Assembly (NCBI GenBank): GCA_964016885.1
Contig: OZ024764.1
Span: forward strand, 24,118,001 to 24,182,000
Direction of reading: 5' to 3'
DNA: 64,000 nucleotides
Source of the DNA: Eledone cirrhosa
Lineage: Eukaryota
Shown piece by piece: positions 53,501-64,000 of this stretch; position 1 is the stretch's first letter; each line of letters opens with the position of its first letter. The translations under genes and the position numbers were made by a program. The notes below the pieces were generated by a model that saw only the letters and a list, made by a program, of their open reading frames with translations, made no database searches and was not told the DNA's origin.

Positions 53501-56500
53501 TGTCCATACCATCTCAGCCTTCTCTCCCACACACCACAACTTATCCCTCTTATACACAGTTTCTCTCTCAACACATCACATGTCCATACCACCTCGGTCC
53601 TCTCTCCCACACACTACAACTTATCCCTCTTATACACAGTTTCTCTCTCAACACACCACATGTCCATACCATCTCAGTCTTCTCTCCCCCACACTACAAC
53701 TTATCCCTCTTATACCCAGTTTCTCTCTCAACACACCAAATGTCCATACCATATCAGTCTTCCCTCCCACACACCACAACTTATCCCTCTTATACACAGT
53801 TTCTCTCTTAACACATCACATGTCCATACCATCTCAGTCTTCCCTCCCACACACCACAACTTATCCCTCTTATACACAGTTTCTCTCTCAACACATCACA
53901 TGTCCATACCATCTCAGTCTTCTCTCCCCCACACTACAGTTTATCCCTCTTATACACAGTTTCTCTCTCAACACACCACATGTCCATACCATCTCAGTCT
54001 TCTCTCCCACACACCACAACTTATCCCTCTTATACACAGTTTCTCTCTCAACACATCACATGTCCATACCATCTCAGTCTTCTCTCCCACTCACTACAAC
54101 TTATCCCTCTTATACAGTTTCTCTCTCAACACATCACATGTCCATACCATCTCAGTCTTCTCTCCCACTCACTACAACTTATCCCTCTTATACAGTTTCT
54201 CTCTCAACACATCACATGTCCATACCATCTCAGTCTTCTCTCCCCCACACTACAACTTATCCCTCTTATACACAGTTTCTCACTCAACACATCACATGTC
54301 CATACCATCTCAGTCTTCTCTCCCACACACCACAACTTATCCCTCTTATACACAGTTTCTCTCTCAACACACCACATGTCCATACCATCTCAGTCTTCTC
54401 TCCCACTCACTACAACTTATCCCTCTTATACACAGTTTCTCTCTCAACACATCACATGTCCATACCATCTCAGTCTTCTCTCCCACACACCACAACTTAT
54501 CCCTCTTATACACAGTTTCTCTCTCAACACATCACATGTCCATACCATCTCAGTCTTCTCTCCCACTCACTACAACTTATCCCTCTTATACCCAGTTTCT
54601 CTCTCAACACATCACATGTCCATACCATCTCAGTCTTCTCTCCCCCACACTACAACTTATCCCTCTTATACACAGTTTCTCTCTCAACACATCACATGTC
54701 CATACCATCTCAGTCTTCTCTCCCACTCACTACAACTTATCCCTCTTATACACAGTTTCTCTCTCAACACATCACATGTCCATACCATCTCAGTCTTCTC
54801 TCCCCCACACTACAACTTATCCCTCTTATACACAGTTTCTCTCTCAACACATCACATGTCCATACCATCTCAGTCTTCTCTCCCACTCACTACAACTTAT
54901 CCCTCTTATACAGTTTCTCTCTCAACACATCACATGTCCATACCATCTCAGTCTTCTCTCCCACACACCACAACTTATCCCTCTTATACACAGTTTCTCT
55001 CTCAACACATCACATGTCCATACCATCTCAGTCTTCTCTCCCACTCACTACAACTTATCCCTCTTATACCCAGTTTCTCTCTCAACACATCACATGTCCA
55101 TATCATCTCAGTCTTCTCTCCCACACACTACAACTTATCCCTCTTATACACAGTTTCTCTCTCAACACATCACATGTCCATACCATCTCAGTCTTCTCTC
55201 CCCCACACTACAACTTATCCCTCTTATACACAGTTTCTCTCTCAACACATCACATGTCCATACCATCTCAGTCTTCTCTCCCACTCACTACAACTTATCC
55301 CTCTTATACAGTTTCTCTCTCAACACATCACATGTCCATACCATCTCAGTCTTCTCTCCCACACACCACAACTTATCCCTCTTATACACAGTTTCTCTCT
55401 CAACACATCACATGTCCATACCATCTCAGTCTTCTCTCCCACTCACTACAACTTATCCCTCTTATACAGTTTCTCTCTCAACACATCACATGTCCATACC
55501 ATCTCAGTCTTCTCTCCCACTCACTACAACTTATCCCTCTTATACAGTTTCTCTCTCAACACATCACATGTCCATACCATCTCAGTCTTCTCTCCCCCAC
55601 ACTACAACTTATCCCTCTTATACACAGTTTCTCACTCAACACATCACATGTCCATACCATCTCAGTCTTCTCTCCCACACACCACAACTTATCCCTCTTA
55701 TACACAGTTTCTCTCTCAACACACCACATGTCCATACCATCTCAGTCTTCTCTCCCACTCACTACAACTTATCCCTCTTATACACAGTTTCTCTCTCAAC
55801 ACATCACATGTCCATACCATCTCAGTCTTCTCTCCCACACACCACAACTTATCCCTCTTATACACAGTTTCTCTCTCAACACATCACATGTCCATACCAT
55901 CTGTCTTCTCTCCCCCACACCACAACTTATCCCTCTTATACAGTTTCTCACTCAACACATCACATGTCCATACCATCTCAGTCTTCTCTCCCACACACCA
56001 CAACTTATCCCTCTTATACCCAGTTTCTCTCTCAACACATCACATGTCCATACCATCTCAGTCTTCTCTCCCCCACACTACAACTTATCCCTCTTATATA
56101 CAGTTTCTCTCTCAACACACCACATGTCCATACCATCTCAGTCTTCTCTCCCCCACACTACAACTTATCCCTCTTATACACAGTTTCTCTCTCAACACAT
56201 CACATGTCCATACCATCTCAGTCTTCTCTCCCACTCACTACAACTTATCCCTCTTATACACAGTTTCTCTCTCAACACATCACATGTCCATACCATCTCA
56301 GTCTTCTCTCCCCCACACTACAACTTATCCCTCTTATATACAGTTTCTCTCTCAACACACCACATGTCCATACCATCTCAGTCTTCTCTCCCCCACACGA
56401 CAACTTATCCCTCTTATACACAGTTTCTCTCTCAACACATCACATGTCCATACCATCTCAGTCTTCTCTCCCACTCACTACAACTTATCCCTCTTATACA

Positions 56501-57955
56501 CAGTTTCTCTCTCAACACATCACATGTCCATACCATCTCAGTCTTCTCTCCCCCACACCACAACTTATCCCTCTTATACACAGTTTCTCACTCAACACAT
56601 CACATGTCCATACCATCTCAGTCTTCTCTCCCACACACCACAACTTATCGCTCTTATACACAGTTTCTCTCTCAACACACCACATGTCCATACCATCTCA
56701 GTCTTCTCTCCCCCACACTACAACTTATCCCTCTTATACACAGTTTCTCACTCAACACATCACATGTCCATACCATCTCAGTCTTCTCTCCCACACACCA
56801 CAACTTATCCCTCTTATACACAGTTTCTCTCTCAACACACCACATGTCCATACCATCTCAGTCTTCTCTCCCACACACCACAACTTATCCCTCTTATACA
56901 CAGTTTCTCTCTCAACACATCACATGTCCATACCATCTCAGTCTTCTCTCCCACTCACTACAACTTATCCCTCTTATACACAGTTTCTCTCTCAACACAT
57001 CACATGTCCATACCATCTCAGTCTTCCCTCCCACACACCACAACTTATCCCTCTTATACACAGTTCCTCTCTCAACACATCACATGTCCATACCATCTCA
57101 GTCTTCTCTCCCACACACTACACCTTATCCCTCTTATACACAGTTTCTGTCTCAACACATCACATGTCCATACCATCTCAGCCTTCTCTCTCACACACTA
57201 CAACTTATCCCTCTTATACACAGTTTCTCTCTCAACACATCACATGTCCATACCACCTCAGTCTTCTCTCCCACACACCACAACTTATCCCTCTTATACA
57301 CAGTTTCTCTCTCAACACACCACATGTCCATACCATCTCAGTCTTCTCTCCCACACACCACAACTTATCCCTCTTATACACAGTTTCTCTCTCAACACAT
57401 CACATGTCCATACCATCTCAGCCTTCTCTCCCACACACCACAACTTATCCCTCTTATACACAGTTTCTCTCTCAACACATCACATGTCCATACCACCTCG
57501 GTCCTCTCTCCCACACACTACAACTTATCCCTCTTATACACAGTTTCTCTCTCAACACACCACATGTCCATACCATCTCAGTCTTCCCTCCCACACACCA
57601 CAACTTATCCCTCTTATACACAGTTTCTCTCTCAACACATCACATGTCCATACCATCTCAGTCTTCTCTCCCCCACACTACAGTTTATCCCTCTTATACA
57701 CAGTTTCTCTCTCAACTCATCACATGTCCATACCATCTCAGTCTTCTCTCCCCCACACTACAACTTATCCCTCTTATACCCAGTTTCTCTCTCAACACAC
57801 CACATGTCCATACCATCTCAGTCTTCTCTCCCCCACACTACAACTTATCCTTCTTACACCCAGTTTCTCTCTCAACACACCAAATGTCCATACCACCTCA
57901 GTCTTCTCTCCCACACACCACAACTTAACCCTCTTATACACAGTTTCTCTCCCAA
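50510..57955. repeat. 80-bp satellite derived from the RTE ORF, ~93 copies
   Basis: Same unit as 28237-29118, with occasional 77/78-bp variants. Confidence 0.98.
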
Positions 57956-58286
57956 CACACACACACAATAAGGCCAACACACACACATAATACGGCCAAC
58001 ACACACACACACAATAGGGCCAACACACACACAATAGAGCCAACACACACACAATAGGGCCAACACACACACACAATAGGGCCAACACACACACACAATA
58101 GGGCCAACACACACACACACACAATAGGGCCAACACACACACACAATAGGGCCAACACACACACACACACAATAGGGCCAACTCACACACACACTAAATA
58201 GGGCCAACACACACACAAATAGGGCCAACACACACACACACAAATAGGGCCCACACACACACACTAAATAGGGCCAACACACACAC
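57956..58286. repeat. Compound microsatellite [(CA)n ATAGGGCCA]n
   Basis: Direct observation. Confidence 0.9.
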
Positions 58287-58335
58287 GCCACAGAGAGAAA
58301 TTTGGGGTCAGTAGAAATGAGCCCCTGTAACTTAC

Positions 58336-58390
58336 TTTTAGCATCAAGAAAATGTTCTTTGTACAAAGTTGTATCACTCGTCTCTGTCAT
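58336..58390 (-). CDS. RPGRIP1L: RPGRIP1L coding part of exon 58336-58434 with likely start codon: MTETSDTTLYKEHFLDAK
   Basis: Acceptor ccttatattacag|GC at 58434, ATG at 58390, donor AAA|gtaagt; phase 1 matches the next exon. Confidence 0.78.
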
Positions 58391-58460
58391 TCTTCCCACA
58401 ATGATGGCTGCCGTCAAATAGTTCAATAGAAAGCCTGTAATATAAGGATATAATGATAAA

Positions 58461-59936
58461 GACCCCATAACTCCTTGTGGAGTGGTAGAGGCACCATCTA
58501 GACCCCATAACTCCTTGTGGATGGTAGAGGCACCATCTAGATCCCATAACTCCTTGTGGAGTGGTAGAGGCACCGTCTAGATCCCATAACTCCTTGTGGT
58601 GTGGTAGAGGCACCATCTAGATCCCATAACTCCTTGTGGTGTGGTAGAGGCACCGTCTAGATCCCATAACTCCTTGTGGGGTGGTAGAGGCACCATCTAG
58701 ATCTCATAACTCCTTGTGGGGTGGTAGAGGCACCATCTAGATCCCATAACTCCTTGTGGGGTGGTAGAGGCACCGTCTAGATCCCATAACTCCTTGTGGA
58801 GTGGTAGAGGCACCGTCTAGACCCCATAACTCCTTGTGGGGTGGTAGAGGCACCATCTAGATCCCATAACTCCTTGTGGGGTGGTAGAGGCACCATCTAG
58901 ATCCCATAACTCCTTGTGGGGTGGTAGAGGCACCATCTAGATCCCATAACTCCTTGTGGAGTTGTAGAGGCACCATCTAGATCCCATAACTCCTTGTGGG
59001 GTGGTAGAGGCACCGTCTAGATCTCATAACTCCTTGTGGAGTGGTAGAGGCACCGTCAAGACCCCATAACTCCTTGTGGAGTGGTAGAGGCACCATCTAG
59101 ATCCCATAACTCCTTGTGGGGTGGTAGAGGCACCGTCTAGATCCCATAACTCCTTGTGGGGTGGTAGAGGCACCGTCTAGACCCCATAACTCCTTGTGGA
59201 GTTGTAGAGGCACCATCTAGATCCCATAACTCCTTGTGGGGTGGTAGAGGCACCGTCTAGATCCCATAACTCCTTGTGGGGTGGTAGAGGCACCGTCTAG
59301 ACCCCATAACTCCTTGTGGAGTTGTAGAGGCACCATCTAGATCCCATAACTCCTTGTGGTGTGGTAGAGGCACGGTCTAGATCCCATAACTCCTTGTGGG
59401 GTTGTAGAGGCACCGTCTAGATCCCATAACTCCTTGTGGGGTGATAGAGGCACCATCTAGACCCCATAACTCCTTGTGGGGTGGTAGAGGCACCATCTAG
59501 ATCCCATAACTCCTTGTGGGGTGGTAGAGGCACCATCTAGATCCCATAACTCCTTGTGGGGTGGTAGAGGCACCGTCTAGACCCCATAACTCCTTGTGGG
59601 GTGGTAGAGGCACCGTCTAGATCCCATAACTCCTTGTGGGGTGGTAGAGGCACCGTCTAGACCCCATAACTCCTTGTGGGGTGGTAGAGGCACCATCTAG
59701 ATCCCATAACTCCTTGTGGGGTGGTAGAGGCACCGTCTAGACCCCATAACTCCTTGTGGGGTGGTAGAGGCACCGTCTAGATCCCATAACTCCTTGTGGG
59801 GTGATAGAGGCACCATCTAGACCCCATAACTCCTTGTGGGGTGATAGAGGCACCATCTAGACCCCATAACTCCTTGTGGAGTGGTAGAGGCACCGCCTAG
59901 ATCCCATAACTCCTTGTGGGGTGGTAGAGGCACCGC
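58461..59936. repeat. 40-bp minisatellite (GATCCCATAACTCCTTGTGGGGTGGTAGAGGCACCATCTA), ~37 copies
   Basis: Direct tandem repetition. Confidence 0.97.
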
Positions 59937-59944
59937 CACATGGT

Positions 59945-60185
59945 GCGTCTAGGGCACTTTTAAACCTGGGGGAGCCCAAACCTCTCCAGGTCTGAACACA
60001 GCCGAGTTTTTCTATAGAGGAAGAATCAACCCCAGTACTGGACTGGTACTTTTTTTATCGACCTCGAAAGGATGAAAGGCAAAGTTGACCCCGGCGGGAT
60101 TTGAACTCAGAGCACGCAATGAGGTGGGAGAAATACGGTAAAGCATTCTATCCGACGTCTTAACGACTTTGCCAATTTGCCGCCT
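59945..60185 (-). mobile_element. tRNA-SINE adjoining the 40-bp array
   Basis: Reverse complement of the 29575-29817 SINE family. Confidence 0.78.
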
Positions 60186-60224
60186 GTAATATAGAGTTAT
60201 ACTGACAAGTACATTTATTTATAA

Positions 60225-60397
60225 GTAAATGTGGTTGGTGTTAGGAAGGGCATCCAGCTGTAAAACCCCTGGCAATATTTAGTCACGCCAGAGCACGGTA
60301 TGGTGTGGTCAATCCAAGCCAGACTTGTCTCCCTACATGGAAGACCTGTGGACACCGCAAGAATGGAAAAATGAATGTTAAACGATGATGATGATGA
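60225..60397 (+). mobile_element. RTE/SINE 3' tail with (GAT)n
   Basis: GGTTGGTGTTAGGAAGGGCATCCAGCTGTA...GTTAAACGATGATG. Confidence 0.75.
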
Positions 60398-60408
60398 TAT
60401 ATTTAAAC

Positions 60409-60724
60409 CAGACATGGACAACCTTTATCGGGAAGCGGGCTGCATGAGATATAGCTCATCATCAGGTGGGCCGCATGAGATATGGGTCATCATCAGGTGG
60501 GCCGCAAGCACTAATTTATATTCGCGTCCACATAAAAGAAGGGAGGTAACTCAGGTTGTTTTGATTTGTTTCTTCAGAATTCCTACATGTTGTTTTCCTC
60601 ATAAAAATGATAGAAAGATAAATTACGACTGAAAAGTTGAGGTAAAAAAATCAGAAAGATTTCACTTAGGTGACTTAGGCGGGCCATTGAGACAGCTTCG
60701 CGGGCCACAGGTTGCCCATGACTG
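60409..60724 (+). mobile_element. hAT-like MITE (second copy)
   Basis: TIRs CAGACATGGACAAC / GTTGCCCATGACTG; TSD-like ATTTAAAC / GTTCAAAC; homologous to 48263-48522. Confidence 0.75.
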
Positions 60725-60750
60725 GTTCAAACACTCACATATATGTACAT

Positions 60751-60907
<157 letters not shown>

Positions 60908-62132
60908 CATACATATATATGTAATAATTGTTTCTATTTTTGGCACAAGGCCAGCAATAACTCAGTGCATTACTGGTACTTTATTTTATCGAACCCGTAA
61001 GGATGGAAGGCAAAGTTAACCTCGGCGGGATTTGAGCTCGGATTTATATATAATAATAATTCAAGGACGATTTGTTAAGCCTTGATTACGTTTATTGATT
61101 GGTGATATACATTTCGCTATTGATCAGTTCAAGGTTCGATCTGTATCGATCTGGCCCGAATCTGGAATCAAAAGCTCGTCGGACCTCTGCTGTTGTAATG
61201 ATAGAATGAACATGTCTAGCTCTACACCTCGCCATTGACGTGAACCTAAACATGGAGTGCTCACCTGGGTGAACCTACAGTAACTTCACATTACACAATT
61301 GTCTCTAACTTACATTCCCCCCTTCGCCACCCCCATCTGGAATTTTGACCAATCTTTTAAGACAATTGAGACCATTCCTAAAAATAATTTTGTTCTGTGA
61401 AAAACCACAACTACCAACACTACTACTACTTCTACAACACCCCTCGCTCTATATATAAGACTCCATTTTAGACCCAATCTTCACAAGAAAGATGAACAGC
61501 CCTTTTCAACACTTAATTTGAAATTCTTTATTCTTTTTAATTGTAATATTCAACATTTGATAAGATGGTTCACACTGATACATCGAAACCGGTTATATTT
61601 TAAATACATTATAAAACTCCTTTTTTGGGAAAGAATTGTTCCTCACATTTTGTCAATAATGTCACTTTGACAAATCAAAGAAGAAAAAAAGAAAAACAGA
61701 TCCTTAAATATATTTTCCGTGCCATTTCCATTTCCACCTTTTCTCTGTAACCCCTGTTTTGTATAGAACCTTACTCCCTTTTCAAATATACACACACACG
61801 CACACGCTTATGGCTTAGTTCGGATCTAGCTGTCGAAACGGCCGGAGCTCAGCCGTAGGGGTGCTGACTCTTCTCCTATACATATATAAACACACACATA
61901 CACACACACATACATATATAGTTCAAGGAGACAACAGAGGTACAAACAGTCTTAGTTTCACGCTGTGTGTGTGTGTGTGTGTGTTTGTGTTTATCCAGGG
62001 TTCAATCGGGGGTAACCACAGTAAGTAAGGTACTCAAAGTATAAATATTTAATATAGAAATGGCTTCTACAGGACTAGAACTGTTTCATTCGGGAGAAAT
62101 CAGCAGTTGATATATATATATATACATACATA

Positions 62133-62163
<31 letters not shown>

Positions 62164-62164
62164 C

Positions 62165-62202
<38 letters not shown>

Positions 62203-62406
62203 GGGTATGTATATGTGTCGAAGTTTATTGTTCCAAACTGTATAGAATCTATTCCCCTAAAAAGACCTTAATACGCCACCACCACCTCCAGCTAACACTT
62301 CAACAAAACCGTATATTCAATGCAATCTACAATATATATACATATACATACATATATATATATACATACATATCTATATATATATATATACCATACACAC
62401 ACTCAC

Positions 62407-62434
62407 GCCGAAGACTCCACACGGTAACCGCCAT
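62407..62434 (-). CDS. RPGRIP1L: Candidate RPGRIP1L exon 1 (ATG in frame: MAVTVWSLR); may instead be 5' UTR
   Basis: Donor GGC|gtgagt; ACAATGG Kozak context; 28 nt (phase 1) joins the 58434 exon in frame with no stop. Confidence 0.5.
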
Positions 62435-62435
62435 T

Positions 62436-62450
62436 GTAACTAAGGTAAAC
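62436..62450. promoter_or_regulatory. RFX X-box-like element at the putative RPGRIP1L promoter
   Basis: GTAACTAAGGTAAAC imperfect palindrome resembling GTNRCC(N)RGYAAC, next to an ATGGCGG (YY1-like) motif on the minus strand; ciliary genes are canonical RFX targets. Confidence 0.5.
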
Positions 62451-62925
62451 TAATTCAACGCCAAAGAGCGATTGCATTTACGATCGGATGTTTAAATGAC
62501 TTGCTAGATATATATACACACATAAATATCTATATAATAAACATAAACACACTTTACCAGTTATAGTATGGCCATCCTGCTGGTATAATATAAAGTATTT
62601 AAGTGTATATAGAGATAGAGAGAGGGTTGTCAACAAGTACTTGTTGACTTGTTTATAGTTGCAGTGAAGAGGTTCGAGATAGAAGGGAGATAATTACAGA
62701 TATAAATCTACTTAGATTTTAATACACACACACATACATACATATATATATATATAAATTCCATACACTGGTGGTTTTTTCCCTGTATTATTGATAACGC
62801 ACTGTATATCTCTCTCTGGTGTGTTACCTTCTCAACATATTATATTTTAAAGGGCTCAGGATCTCTTCCCCTTTGAGCACATTATTTACAGGGAATAACG
62901 ACGGCCTATGCCTCCGTTAATTTAT

Positions 62926-62995
<70 letters not shown>

Positions 62996-62999
<4 letters not shown>

Positions 63000-63122
63000 T
63001 TAATATAGAAGAGATTCTACAGGACTAGAACTGTTTCATTCATTAGAAATCATCAGGATTCCTGATGATTTCTAATGAATGAAACAGTTCTAGTCCTGTA
63101 GAATCTCTTCTATATTAAAACT
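62996..63122. ncRNA. Perfect 127-bp palindrome containing two inverted hammerhead ribozymes (PLE pLTR remnant)
   Basis: 63-bp arms, 1-nt centre at 63059; plus arm GATTC-CTGATGA-tTTC taat GAAt-GAAA-CAG ttctagtc CTG-TA-GAATC. Confidence 0.85.
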
Positions 63123-63207
63123 GTTATACTCTGCTATGTATTGAGTACCTTACTTACTGTGGTTACCTCCGATTCAACCCGGAATAACGTATATATATAT
63201 ATATATA

Positions 63208-63288
<81 letters not shown>

Positions 63289-63420
63289 GTAAAAGTTCTA
63301 TTTAAATTGTTGGGATACAACAAGCAAATATTTTTATAACTGATATAAAGCACTCAACAAATATTTGGAGTAAAAATACGATATTAACAAATGGAAACTA
63401 TATTTATAAAACCATATTTA

Positions 63421-63480
63421 TTTCATTATACATATTTCAAGGACACCAAGTTAAATTATGGTGTGCTTTCATCAGATAAA
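63421..63480 (-). ncRNA. Type I hammerhead ribozyme within an inverted repeat (63375-63459 / 63575-63658)
   Basis: Minus strand: TTTAT-CTGATGA-AAG.ACACCA..TGGTGT.CTT-GAAA-TATGTA-TA-ATGAA. Confidence 0.68.
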
Positions 63481-63671
63481 ATATAATATAGATCAGTTTT
63501 ATAAATACATATTGACATACCCTTAAAGAATGCAACCATTACTGTTGGAAGCTATCCGGGAGCTTCCAACAGTAATAATTTAACTTGGTGTCCTTGAAAT
63601 ATGTATAATGAAATAAATATGGTTTTATAAATATAGTTTCCATTTGTTAATATCGTATATATATATATTTT

Positions 63672-63725
<54 letters not shown>

Positions 63726-64000
63726 GCATACATGCACAGACACACACACACATATATATATATATATATGTGTGTGTGTCTGTGCATGTATGCACATATA
63801 ATATATATATATATATATATATACATGTGTGTGTCGAGATATATATATGTATGCACACACACACACACATATGTGTGTGTGTGTGTAGACATATATATAT
63901 GTATACAGAGACACACACACATATATATATGTATGTGTGTGTGTAGACATATATATGTATGCACACACACATATACATATATATATGCAGAAGTTATATT

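Noticed and set aside
50492-57990. Very long His/Ser/Thr-rich ORFs in three frames
   Set aside because: Antisense read-through of the 80-bp LINE-derived satellite.
19190-59936. CRISPR-like appearance of the short repeat arrays
   Set aside because: Head-to-tail repeats with no unique spacers, no cas genes and a eukaryotic context.

Overview
Repeat-rich eukaryotic genomic DNA, not prokaryotic. The SINE, RTE and Penelope content and the abundant (TA)n suggest a coleoid cephalopod such as octopus (inference). Almost all long ORFs in the supplied track are artefacts of tandem repeats. Hidden among the repeats on the minus strand is the 5' part of a spliced ciliary transition-zone gene, RPGRIP1L (fantom/MKS5/NPHP8). 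It has seven small GT-AG coding exons (58336-58434, 50280-50421, 41762-41823, 38932-39035, 30094-30174, 26632-26702, 19926-19997) that join in perfect phase, plus a probable first exon and RFX X-box promoter at about 62.4 kb. Its introns are inflated by at least nine minisatellite families (units of 39, 23, 32, 48, 72, 80, 88, 47 and 40 bp). At least three of these can be traced in this window to transposon segments: an RTE ORF, an RTE/SINE 3' tail and a piggyBac-like MITE. The window also holds a 5'-truncated Penelope-like (Naiad-type) retroelement with inverted pseudo-LTRs, about nine hammerhead-ribozyme motifs (including a perfect 127-bp double-hammerhead palindrome upstream of the gene), RTE LINE fragments (one with a PHD-like finger inside RT), a deleted mariner, a non-autonomous Helitron, hAT MITEs and many tRNA-SINEs.
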